A DNA stretch of 64,000 nucleotides from Desulforegulaceae bacterium (GCA_034007295.1 JAVERC010000002.1:82256-146255), one strand, 5' to 3'; numbered from the stretch's first letter, positions 8,549 through 18,328 are shown. Program-made: numbers and translations. Notes: a model not told the origin generated them from the sequence alone.

Positions 8549-9010
8549 ATGGGTAAAACACAATCTAAAGAGTATTTGATATTTCAGCTTATGGATGAAA
8601 AATTTGCTGTTTTGTCAGAAAAGACCCTTGAAATTGTCCAGTCAAAAAGAATAACAAAGTTGCCTAAAATGCCTGATTTTTTTTTGGGTATTATGAATTT
8701 GAGGGGGAATCTTTTCCCAGCTGTTGACTTAAGGCTGATTTTTAATATGCCCTATCAGGAAGATACCAAAGAAACTGTTTTTATTGTTGTATCTGTAAAT
8801 AAAGATGAGCCCTCATATGAAGCAGCATTTAGAGTTGATAAAGTATGTGAAGTTGAAACTATTTCAAATTTAAAAATAATGCCCTATCCTGAATCTGGTT
8901 CTCTTATCCCTGAAAAATATCTTTTTGGATCTTTTCATTATAAAGATCAGGTCGTTCTTATTCTTTCTCCTGATGTGCTTTTTTCAAGGCAGGAGCTCGG
9001 GCTTGCTTAA
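8549..9010 (+). CDS. cheW: chemotaxis coupling protein CheW
   Basis: 153 aa, single CheW domain (EYLIFQLMDEKFAV...LGIMNLRGNLFPAVDLR). Confidence 0.9.
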   Translation: MGKTQSKEYLIFQLMDEKFAVLSEKTLEIVQSKRITKLPKMPDFFLGIMNLRGNLFPAVDLRLIFNMPYQEDTKETVFIVVSVNKDEPSYEAAFRVDKVCEVETISNLKIMPYPESGSLIPEKYLFGSFHYKDQVVLILSPDVLFSRQELGLA

Positions 9011-9030
9011 AAATATGTAAGAACAGTATT

Positions 9031-9176
9031 TAGTAATTGGCCGAAAATGGGGATTTTTTGTTCATTCCAATGAAGATGAAAAATTTAACCTTTAGGATAC
9101 ATGGAGTATTTTGAGAATTAAATTTTGAATCTGACGTCGAAATGGGGAAAAAAGACCGTTTTTAGTTCAGCAACTA
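9031..9176 (-). repeat. Family-A repeat, full-length copy A6, between cheW and the second cheY
   Basis: The plus strand reads TAGTAATTGGCCGAAAATGGGGATTTTTTGTTCATTCCAATGAAGATGAAAAATTTAACCTTTAGGATACATGGAGTATTTTGAGAATTAAATTTTGAATCTGACG...TTTTTAGTTCAGCAACTA. Confidence 0.88.
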
Positions 9177-9219
9177 TATTAGAAATTTTTTTTGAATAAT
9201 AAAAAATTGGATTTAAACC

Positions 9220-9603
9220 ATGAACTCATCCATGAAAAAAATTTTGTTTGCTGATGATTCTCCTTCGATGAGGCTTTTTGCTTCTCTTAGTCTTTCAGAT
9301 GAATTTGAAATTGATACTGCCTGTGATGGAGAAGATGCTTTAAAATATTTGAAAACAAAAGATTATGATCTTTTTCTTGTTGATGTATATATGCCTAAAA
9401 TTGACGGCATAAGTCTTGTAAAAAAAATAAGAGAATTTGAAAATTCAAGGTTTAAACCCATAATAATTATAAGCACAGAAGCAGATGAAAGTTTATTTTC
9501 AAAGGGACGGGATGCAGGTGCAACAGGCTGGATTGTAAAGCCCTTTGACAAAGATTACCTTTTAAAAGCTGTTAAGCATATTCTTTTTGGTAAAGGCAGA
9601 TGA
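9220..9603 (+). CDS. cheY: CheY-like response regulator
   Basis: 127 aa: FADDS, FLVDVYMPKIDG, IISTE, GATGWIVKPF. Confidence 0.9.
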   Translation: MNSSMKKILFADDSPSMRLFASLSLSDEFEIDTACDGEDALKYLKTKDYDLFLVDVYMPKIDGISLVKKIREFENSRFKPIIIISTEADESLFSKGRDAGATGWIVKPFDKDYLLKAVKHILFGKGR

Positions 9604-9607
9604 ACTG

Positions 9608-10465
9608 ATGAAAAATATTTTAACCGATGATTTTTTGATTGATGAAATAAAAAACAGATTTACTGAAAAAAATAATCAAATTTTACAATTAAGTTTTGAG
9701 CTTGATGAACTGAGGAAAAAATTATTTGATTCTGAGCATTTAAAGACAAAGTTTTTGTCTATTATTAGAAATGAACTTAAAAACCCTGTTTCTGCAATTT
9801 CTGGCCTTTCAAAACTTGTTGTGCAAAAAGATTTTGATTCTGTAGAAGATATAAAAAAGATAATGGACACAATTAGGCTTGAAGCTGTCAAATTTGCTTT
9901 GCAGCTTGATAATGTCTTAATAGCCTCATCCTATGAAGGAGGCGATAATAATTTGTTTTTATCAGGCTTTGATCTTTGTGAGCTGATTTATGAAGTGAAA
10001 AGATCTTTTGAAGATGAGATAAAATCAAGACAAAAAATAGTTGAAACACAAATGGATCATGAAATTAAAATATATGCAGACAGGGAAAAATTAAAACTTG
10101 TTTTCAAAAATTTTTTGGATAATGCATTAAAGTTCTCTGAAAAAAATATAAAAATTATTGTATTAAAGCGAAAAAATAGTGCAGTGGTTTCTTTTTATAA
10201 TGACGGGTATGAAATTGAAGAAAAAAATCATCATAGAATTTTTGAAAGATTTTCACCTCTTGATTCAGGTCTTTCGAGAAAATATAGCGGTGTAGGGCTT
10301 GGTTTGTGTGTGTGTGGTGCAATAATTGAAAGCCATGGCGGAAAAACAGATTTTTCTTCAGGACAAGGCAGTGGTACTCTTTTTGAAATAGAACTTCCTT
10401 TGGATGATAAAAGTCAGGGGGAAGCTGATGATATTGAATCCGGCGAAGGATTTATAATACTTTGA
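9608..10465 (+). CDS. histidine-kinase-like protein with a degenerate H-box (His replaced by Asn)
   Basis: Cytoplasmic: coiled-coil, DHp-like and HATPase domains (NFLDNALKFS, NDGYEI, GVGLGLCVCGAIIESHGG). The H-box reads FLSIIRNELKNPVSAISG, where SHELRTP is expected. I prefer the ATG at 9608; the track start is TTG 9587. Confidence 0.75.
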   Translation: MKNILTDDFLIDEIKNRFTEKNNQILQLSFELDELRKKLFDSEHLKTKFLSIIRNELKNPVSAISGLSKLVVQKDFDSVEDIKKIMDTIRLEAVKFALQLDNVLIASSYEGGDNNLFLSGFDLCELIYEVKRSFEDEIKSRQKIVETQMDHEIKIYADREKLKLVFKNFLDNALKFSEKNIKIIVLKRKNSAVVSFYNDGYEIEEKNHHRIFERFSPLDSGLSRKYSGVGLGLCVCGAIIESHGGKTDFSSGQGSGTLFEIELPLDDKSQGEADDIESGEGFIIL

Positions 10466-10917
10466 CTGATAGAATAAGAATTTATTTAAAAACCGGAGGA
10501 ATAGTTTTTTCCAAGGAAGCCTCTGAGATCAAAACAATACTTGGCTCCTGTGTAAGTGTGTGTCTATGGGATTTTAAATATAAGGCAGGCGGAATGAATC
10601 ATTTTATTTTCCCAACGTGGACAGGCAGGGGGCTTGCAACTCCCAAATATGGCAATGTTGCAATGGAATTTCTTTATGAAAAAATGATTTCAAACGGATC
10701 AAAGCCAGAAGACTTAATTGCAAAAGTTTTTGGGGGTGGGAAAATTTTTGCATCACTTGATATATCACTAAATCCTGGCCGTCAAAATATTTTAAGTGCC
10801 AAAAAATTTCTGGAAAAGGTCAATATCCCGGTTATAGCAGAAGATACAGGTGGAACAAGAGGACGTACTGTTATTTTTCATACAGACACAGGAGATGTAT
10901 TTGTTAAAAAAAATTGA
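10462..10917 (+). CDS. cheD: chemoreceptor glutamine deamidase CheD
   Basis: 151 aa with the CheD pattern ILGSCVSVCLWD...GGMNHFIFP. The TTG start overlaps the upstream stop. Confidence 0.85.
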   Translation: MTDRIRIYLKTGGIVFSKEASEIKTILGSCVSVCLWDFKYKAGGMNHFIFPTWTGRGLATPKYGNVAMEFLYEKMISNGSKPEDLIAKVFGGGKIFASLDISLNPGRQNILSAKKFLEKVNIPVIAEDTGGTRGRTVIFHTDTGDVFVKKN

Positions 10918-10980
10918 CTCGTATAATGTATTTGATTAAATACTCTTTTTATCCTGATTAAATTATTAAACGGAGTACTT

Positions 10981-12069
10981 ATGAATATTGACCCACCTGA
11001 GTATATAAAAAAAATCAAACCCTATAAGGCAGGAAAACCAATTGAAGAGCTTGAAAGGGAGTACGGTATAAAAAATGCTGTAAAGCTTGCATCAAATGAA
11101 AACCCTTTGGGACCGTCTCCAAAGGCAATGGAGGCTGTTAAAAACTTCTGCACCAGTCTTCATAGATACCCTGACAGCTCAGGATATGAGCTTATAAACA
11201 AAATTTCTTTAAAATTTAATTTACCAGTAAAAAGCATTGTTCTTGGAAACGGCTCTGATGACATAATCGCACTTTTATGCAAGGCATTTGTAAATGAGAA
11301 AAAAAATGTCATTATGCCGGATCCTGGATTTTTAATGTATGAAATTTCTACAAGGTCAGAAGGAGGAACTCCTGTAAAGGTGCCCTTAAAAAATCTCTGC
11401 CTTGATCTTGATAAAATGGCAGAGCTTTGCAATTTTGATACATCAATTATTTTTATAACAAATCCAAATAATCCTACAGGAAGTTTTATTGAAAAAGAAA
11501 AACTTGAAGAATTTTTAAAAAAGATTCCTTCAAACGTAATTGTAGCCTCAGATGAAGCATATATGGAGTTTTCTGAGTCCTGTTACTGCTCATGGGAGCT
11601 GATGGAAAAGTATGAAAACCTTGTTTCCATGAGAACTTTTTCAAAGGCTTACGGCCTTGCTGGTTTAAGGATCGGATACGGAGTTATGAATCCTTTTATT
11701 TCAGAAATACTTAATAGAATAAGGCAGCCGTTTAATACAAGCCTTATTGCCCAGAAAGCAGCTCTTAGTGCACTGGATGATGAATCTTTCCTTGAAAAAA
11801 CAAGAACTCTTATTTTTAAAGAAAGAAAAAAACTTTTTGAAGAACTTGAAAAACTTGGAGTTACTCCATTTAAAAGTGATGCAAATTTTATTCTTGCTGA
11901 TGTTAAAAGGCAGGCAGATGATGTTTATGAAAAGCTTTTAAGAAAAGGGATCATTGCAAGGTCAATGAGTTCATATGGATATCCGCAGTTTTTAAGGATT
12001 ACAATTGGTCTTGAAAATGAAAATGATCTTTTTATCAAATATCTTAAAGAGGTTTTAGATAAAGATTGA
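10981..12069 (+). CDS. hisC: histidinol-phosphate aminotransferase
   Basis: 362 aa, class-II aminotransferase with LASNENPLGPSP, SKAYGLAGLRIGY and the typical C-terminus. Confidence 0.88.
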   Translation: MNIDPPEYIKKIKPYKAGKPIEELEREYGIKNAVKLASNENPLGPSPKAMEAVKNFCTSLHRYPDSSGYELINKISLKFNLPVKSIVLGNGSDDIIALLCKAFVNEKKNVIMPDPGFLMYEISTRSEGGTPVKVPLKNLCLDLDKMAELCNFDTSIIFITNPNNPTGSFIEKEKLEEFLKKIPSNVIVASDEAYMEFSESCYCSWELMEKYENLVSMRTFSKAYGLAGLRIGYGVMNPFISEILNRIRQPFNTSLIAQKAALSALDDESFLEKTRTLIFKERKKLFEELEKLGVTPFKSDANFILADVKRQADDVYEKLLRKGIIARSMSSYGYPQFLRITIGLENENDLFIKYLKEVLDKD

Positions 12070-12722
12070 AAAAAAATACAATAACAATAGACGGCCCTGC
12101 TGCTGCTGGTAAAACAACAGTAAGCAGGCTTATTTCAAATGAGCTTGGGTTTGTGTATGTTGACACTGGTGCAATATACAGAGCTCTTGCCTTATACATG
12201 AAAAAAAAAGGGATTGATTTTCAAAATGAAAAAATAGTTGTAGAAAACTTAAATCCCAAAATAAGACCTTCTGGTGAAAAAATTTTTTTGAACAATGAAG
12301 ATGTTTCAAATGAAATACGTACAGAAGACATATCAATGGGAGCTTCTATAATTTCTTCATATGGTAAAGTACGGGATTATCTTCTTGATATTCAAAGGAA
12401 TGTTGGAGAAGAGTTTGACTGTGTTTTTGAAGGAAGGGATATGGGAACAAAGGTTTTTCCTATGGCTCAGATCAAATTTTATCTAGATGCGGCACTTGAA
12501 ACAAGAGTAAAAAGAAGATTCAATCAGTTAATTGAAAAACGGGAAAATCCAGTATTTGAAAAAGTTTATCAAAATCTTGAAAAAAGAGATATTCAGGATA
12601 TGACAAGGATTCATTCCCCTCTAAAACCTGCCATGGATGCAATTTTAATTGATTCAACATTAATGGATGCAATTTGTGTTAAGGATAAAATGATTGAAAT
12701 AATAAAGCAGAAAATCAAATAG
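12066..12722 (+). CDS. cmk: (d)CMP kinase
   Basis: 218 aa: ITIDGPAAAGKTTVSRL, VDTGAIYRA. Conserved position upstream of rpsA. Confidence 0.9.
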   Translation: MKKNTITIDGPAAAGKTTVSRLISNELGFVYVDTGAIYRALALYMKKKGIDFQNEKIVVENLNPKIRPSGEKIFLNNEDVSNEIRTEDISMGASIISSYGKVRDYLLDIQRNVGEEFDCVFEGRDMGTKVFPMAQIKFYLDAALETRVKRRFNQLIEKRENPVFEKVYQNLEKRDIQDMTRIHSPLKPAMDAILIDSTLMDAICVKDKMIEIIKQKIK

Positions 12723-12732
12723 TTTACATAAA

Positions 12733-12859
12733 TAGCGGCTGAATAAAAACGGTCTTTTTTGTCATTTTCTGCGTCATATCCAAAATTTAATTTTCAAAAA
12801 CCTCTTTAGGTAATTTAAAGGCTCAATTTTTCATATTGTGTAATTAAAAATAAATTTTA
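12733..12859 (+). repeat. Family-A repeat, diverged copy A7 lacking the right terminus
   Basis: TAGCGGCTGAATAAAAACGGTCTTTTTTGTCATTTTCTGCGTCATATCCAAAATTTAATTTTCAAAAAC...AAAGGCTCAATTTTTCATATTG. It starts 10 nt after the cmk stop. Confidence 0.7.
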
Positions 12860-12913
12860 CCTGAATTAGCGTTTCATATTTTTAAATTAATAAATTTCCA
12901 ATGAATTTTGCTT
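12860..12913 (+). repeat. Module-B repeat, copy B3
   Basis: CCTGAATTAGCGTTTCATATTTTTAAATTAATAAATTTCCAATGAATTTTGCTT, in the same orientation relative to A as B1. Confidence 0.65.
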
Positions 12914-12957
12914 GTTTGATGACAATTTATTGAAAACATAAAAGTATTTGTTTTTTC

Positions 12958-12986
12958 TTGAAGTATTCACTTTGTTTTGTTAAATA
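12958..12986 (+). promoter_or_regulatory. sigma70-like promoter candidate for rpsA
   Basis: TTGAAG, 17 nt spacer, TAAATA. It lies downstream of the repeat and about 65 nt upstream of the preferred rpsA start. Confidence 0.5.
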
Positions 12987-13049
12987 GATTTGATTATGCT
13001 TTCTTTGCCAGAAGAGAGCATAAAATATATCCAGGGAGAATTGATAATA

Positions 13050-14795
13050 ATGGCAAACGAAAATTTAGATGTTCAGGACAAATTTGAAGGTGTAGAAACA
13101 ATGGAACAGCTTCTTGATCTCTATGAAGACAGCTTCAGCAGATTTCAGGAAGGTGAAGTGGTAACCGGAAGGGTTATCTCTATCGGCAAGGATTCTGTAA
13201 TCGTTGATATCGGATACAAATCTGAGGGTGCAGTACCTGCTGAAGAATTCAAGGACGAAAACGGCGAGATCACAGTCAAAAAAGGCGACAAGATTGAAGT
13301 AATGATCGAGTTCTGGGATGAGGATGAAGAAGAAGTTGTCCTTTCCAAGGAAAAAGCCGAGAAGCAGAAAGTCTGGGATGAAATTGCAGAAATCCATGAA
13401 AAGGACGGAATTGTTGAAGGTATCATCATTAACAGAGTTAAAGGCGGTTTCTCTGTTGATATCGGAGTACAGGCATTCCTTCCTGGTTCACAGGCTGATC
13501 TTCGTCCGATCAAGAACATGGACGTAATGGTAGGCAAGAAATTCAAGTTCAAGGTTCTTAAATTCAACAAACGCAGAAGCAATATCGTTCTTTCAAGAAG
13601 AGTGATTCTTGAATCCATGAGACAGGAACAGAGATCTGCTACTCTTGAAGAACTGGAAATCGGAAGAGTAATGACCGGTACAGTCAAGAATATTACTGAA
13701 TACGGTGTATTTATCGATCTTGGCGGTGTTGATGGTCTTTTACATATTACAGATATTTCCTGGGGAAGAGTCAAGCATCCTTCTGAGCTTTTTGCTCTTG
13801 GCGATGAAATTGAAGTTAAAATCCTTTCATACGATCTTGAGAAGGAAAGAGTTTCTCTTGGTATGAAGCAGCTTACTCCTGATCCATGGGAAACTGCTGC
13901 ACAGCAGTATCCTGTAGGAAGCAAAGTTAAGGGAAGAGTTGTAAGTCTTACAGATTACGGTGCCTTTGTTGAGCTTGAAGAAGGTATTGAAGGTCTTATC
14001 CATGTTTCAGAAATGTCATGGACTAAAAAAGTTAAGCATCCTTCCAAAATGGTTTCTGTTGGTGAAGAAGTTGAGGCAGTTGTTCTTGACCTTAAACCTG
14101 AAAGCCGCAGAATTTCTCTTGGAATGAAGCAGGTAGAGCCAAATCCATGGGATCTTATAAGCGACAAGTATCCTGTTGGAACAATCATTGAAGGCAAAAT
14201 CAAAAATATTACAGATTTTGGTCTTTTTATTGGAATTGAAGATGATATTGACGGTCTTGTTCATATTTCCGATATTTCATGGACAAAGAGAATCAAGCAT
14301 CCAGGTGAAGTATATAAAAAAGGTGATACTGTTCAGGCAGTTGTTCTTGATATTGACAAGGAAAATGAAAGATTCTCTCTTGGAATCAAGCAGACTCAGC
14401 CTGATCCATGGGAAAGTGCACCAGAAACCTATAAAGTAGGTTCAAAGATCAGCGGTAAAATAACAAATATTACAGATTTTGGTATTTTTGTTGAACTTGA
14501 AGAAGGTGTTGAAGGTCTTGTTCACATTTCAGAAGTTGAAAATGAGAAAAAAGATCTTTCCAAGGAATATCAGATTGGTTCAGACCTTGAAGCAAAGGTT
14601 ATGAACGTAAATACAGAAGAAAGAAGAATCGGTCTTTCTGTAAAGCGTCTTGGAATGGATGATGACGAGGCCATACTTAAAGATTACATGAAGAAAATTG
14701 AAGATGTTCCTCCAACTTCTGCTTTTGGTGAAATGCTCAAGGAAAACATAGAAGAGAAAATCAAGGAAAAAGAAGAAGCTAGAAGTAAACAATAA
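13050..14795 (+). CDS. rpsA: 30S ribosomal protein S1
   Basis: Six S1 repeats (GxV...DxGxxGLxHISE motifs recur). I prefer the ATG at 13050 (MANENLD), with AGGGAGA upstream. The track ORF extends to 12990, inside the predicted promoter/leader. Confidence 0.93.
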   Translation: MANENLDVQDKFEGVETMEQLLDLYEDSFSRFQEGEVVTGRVISIGKDSVIVDIGYKSEGAVPAEEFKDENGEITVKKGDKIEVMIEFWDEDEEEVVLSKEKAEKQKVWDEIAEIHEKDGIVEGIIINRVKGGFSVDIGVQAFLPGSQADLRPIKNMDVMVGKKFKFKVLKFNKRRSNIVLSRRVILESMRQEQRSATLEELEIGRVMTGTVKNITEYGVFIDLGGVDGLLHITDISWGRVKHPSELFALGDEIEVKILSYDLEKERVSLGMKQLTPDPWETAAQQYPVGSKVKGRVVSLTDYGAFVELEEGIEGLIHVSEMSWTKKVKHPSKMVSVGEEVEAVVLDLKPESRRISLGMKQVEPNPWDLISDKYPVGTIIEGKIKNITDFGLFIGIEDDIDGLVHISDISWTKRIKHPGEVYKKGDTVQAVVLDIDKENERFSLGIKQTQPDPWESAPETYKVGSKISGKITNITDFGIFVELEEGVEGLVHISEVENEKKDLSKEYQIGSDLEAKVMNVNTEERRIGLSVKRLGMDDDEAILKDYMKKIEDVPPTSAFGEMLKENIEEKIKEKEEARSKQ

Positions 14796-14824
14796 AAAGG
14801 TTCTTTTTTGATTTGAAAAAATAT

Positions 14825-14858
14825 ACGGATACCTTGTTTTGAGGTATCCGTTTTTTTT
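14825..14858 (+). terminator. intrinsic terminator after rpsA
   Basis: ACGGATACC / GGTATCCGT 9-bp stem followed by T8. Confidence 0.8.
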
Positions 14859-14900
14859 AATGATTGGATCGGTAAAGGTTTATTAATAAAAAAACTTTGA

Positions 14901-14991
14901 GATTCAAATTCAAAGTTTAGTCTTTAAGAGTTTTATTGTTTTTAAGGTTTAAATTTTGAATCTGATTTAAGAACAATCAAAACATTTTTCG
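14901..14991 (-). repeat. degenerate relic of the family-A core
   Basis: AAGGTTTAAATTTTGAATCTGATTTAAGAACAATCAAAACATTTTTCG resembles the reverse complement of the family-A left arm. An opposing GATTCAAATTCAAAG lies at 14901. Confidence 0.4.
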
Positions 14992-15017
14992 ATTATCAGG
15001 CAAGGAGATATTTAAAC

Positions 15018-15899
15018 ATGTTTTCAAGAAGGCACCCGTATCTTTTTTTTATTTTAGTTTTTACACTAATACTATGCTCATCATCAGTCATCATTTCCCT
15101 TGTTTCAGGCGTATCCAAGATCAGTGAAAAAAAAACAGGGAAATACAATATTGGAGTTATTGACATAAACGGAATAATCTTTGAGTCAGAATCTGTAATA
15201 GAAAATTTGAAAAATTTCAGGGAAAGAAAAGATATTGAGGCTGTAGTCTTAAGAATCAATTCTCCAGGAGGCGGCGTTGCACCTTCACAGGAGATTTATG
15301 AATCAGTAAAAAGGCTTAAACAGAAAAAAAAGGTTGTAGCATCCCTTGGAAGTGTTGCAGCATCTGGTGGATATTATATTGCATCTGCAGCCGATAAAAT
15401 CGTGACAAACCCGGGCACAATTACAGGAAGCATCGGTGTAATAATGGAATATACAAATATTGAAGAAGTAATGGATAAAATAGGTGTTTCACCTGTTGTA
15501 ATAAAAAGCGGAAAATTTAAAGATACAGGTTCACCCACAAGACCAATTACAGATGACGAAAAAAAATTTTTACAGGATTTTGTGGATAAAATTCATTCTC
15601 AGTTTGTAGAAGATGTTGCATCTGGAAGAAAAATGGATAAAGAAAAAGTCATGGAATATGCTGACGGCAGAATAATATCTGGATCTGACGCTGTTTTATA
15701 CGGTCTTGCAGATATGACAGGAAATTTTGAAACAGCTCTTGACTATACTGCATTGGAAGCAGGAATTAAAAAGAATGACTATAATCTTGTTTACCCTCCA
15801 AAGGAAAAATTTTCCTTTTTAAGAGAAGTATTAAGTGAGTCTGTTTCAAAATTAAGTGAGGTTGTCTTTAAAAATACAAATTTGATGACCCTGAAATAG
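15018..15899 (+). CDS. sppA: signal peptide peptidase SppA (36K type)
   Basis: 293 aa with an N-terminal TM segment, SPGGGV and GSVAASGGYYIASAADKI motifs. Confidence 0.88.
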   Translation: MFSRRHPYLFFILVFTLILCSSSVIISLVSGVSKISEKKTGKYNIGVIDINGIIFESESVIENLKNFRERKDIEAVVLRINSPGGGVAPSQEIYESVKRLKQKKKVVASLGSVAASGGYYIASAADKIVTNPGTITGSIGVIMEYTNIEEVMDKIGVSPVVIKSGKFKDTGSPTRPITDDEKKFLQDFVDKIHSQFVEDVASGRKMDKEKVMEYADGRIISGSDAVLYGLADMTGNFETALDYTALEAGIKKNDYNLVYPPKEKFSFLREVLSESVSKLSEVVFKNTNLMTLK

Positions 15900-15910
15900 A
15901 AAAAAGTGGA

Positions 15911-16519
15911 TTATTCAAACTCATCAACAATTCCTATTCCTCTTCTTAGTATTTCAGGCTGATCACTGATAAGTGAAATAACGCTGGAGGGGCCGTTTGG
16001 AACGTCTCCTCCATCAATAATAATATCTACAAGATTTTCATAGTGGTCTGCCATTTGTGGAAAAAACTCAAATGGTTTTTCATTTTGGTCAGAGGCTGTA
16101 GTTGAAATGACAGGGTTTTTAAGCGTTTTAACGATTTCTGTGCAGATTTGATTGTCTGGAACTCTTATTCCTGCAGTTTTTCTGTTTGTAAGCATCATTT
16201 TTGGAACTTCTTTTGAACCTTCAAGAATAAATGTGTAGGGACCTGGAAGAAGCCTTTTAAGTATTCTGTATGAAATGTTTGAAACTTTTGCATATTCGCT
16301 GATATGGGTCAGATCAGAGCAGATAAAGCTGAAAGGTGTTTTTTTTGTTCTTTTTTTTATAAGGTTAACTCTTTCAATTGCTTTTTTGTTTTTAATATCG
16401 CATCCAATACCGTAATATGTGTCTGTAGGATAAATAATTATACCGCCGTTTTTGAGGCAGTCACATATTTGGTTTATAAGTCTTTTTTGCGGGTTTTGGG
16501 TATTAATTTCAAGAATCAT
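15911..16519 (-). CDS. tsaC: L-threonylcarbamoyladenylate synthase (TsaC/YrdC family)
   Basis: 202 aa: IIIYPTDTYYGIGCD, LLPGPYTFIL, GIRVPD. Confidence 0.85.
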   Translation of the reverse strand: MILEINTQNPQKRLINQICDCLKNGGIIIYPTDTYYGIGCDIKNKKAIERVNLIKKRTKKTPFSFICSDLTHISEYAKVSNISYRILKRLLPGPYTFILEGSKEVPKMMLTNRKTAGIRVPDNQICTEIVKTLKNPVISTTASDQNEKPFEFFPQMADHYENLVDIIIDGGDVPNGPSSVISLISDQPEILRRGIGIVDEFE

Positions 16520-16604
16520 TTTTGTATTGTCCTTAATAAAACCTTATTAAAAAATAATTTAAAATTTTAGATTACACATGAGATAATAAATTCATTTTTT
16601 TAGA

Positions 16605-16633
16605 TTGCCAAATATTTTCAGTTTTGTTAGTTA
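16605..16633 (+). promoter_or_regulatory. sigma70-like promoter candidate for guaB
   Basis: TTGCCA, 17 nt spacer, TAGTTA. The -10 element is weak. Confidence 0.35.
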
Positions 16634-16695
16634 ATAGTCCAACTTTAATAAGTAAAGTAAATAATTTTTTCTTTATATTCAAACGTTTATAATAA

Positions 16696-18180
<1,485 letters not shown>

Positions 18181-18234
18181 GAATTGATATAAATTTATCT
18201 TGTCTGAAGTCTAGATGGGATTAAAAGATTATAA

Positions 18235-18276
18235 AATCCGGATAAAGGTTAAAAATATTTGTCCGGATTTTTATTT
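18235..18276 (+). terminator. intrinsic terminator after guaB
   Basis: AATCCGGA / TCCGGATT 8-bp stem with a 19-nt loop, followed by TTTTTATTTT. Confidence 0.6.
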
Positions 18277-18298
18277 TGTATATACTGAATTTTTTGTT

Positions 18299-18328
18299 CA
18301 GCCTAAATTTAGGCTGTATATTTTTTTT
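18299..18328 (+). terminator. 18-bp perfect palindrome plus T8 (second terminator-like hairpin)
   Basis: CAGCCTAAATTTAGGCTG followed by TATA and T8. Confidence 0.45.

Noticed and set aside
12990-13049. Longer rpsA start from the ORF track (MIMLSLPEESIKY...)
   Set aside because: The extension overlaps the predicted promoter and transcription start region. The ATG at 13050 has a good RBS and gives a normal S1 N-terminus.
13145-13924. 259-aa antisense ORF within rpsA
   Set aside because: It is a Ser/Thr/Pro-rich low-complexity translation lying opposite a very well supported S1 gene, which is a typical shadow ORF. The same reasoning applies to 16944-17402 (in guaB), 20754-21170 (in dnaE), 44295-44756 (in rseP), 46645-47586 (in purL), 56586-57113 (in hslU) and the other antisense ORFs in the track.
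82-14991. Could the recurring ~145-bp sequence be a CRISPR array or its remnants?
   Set aside because: Copies are separated by kilobases of genes rather than by short uniform spacers. They occur in both orientations and are much longer than CRISPR repeats, and no cas genes are present.
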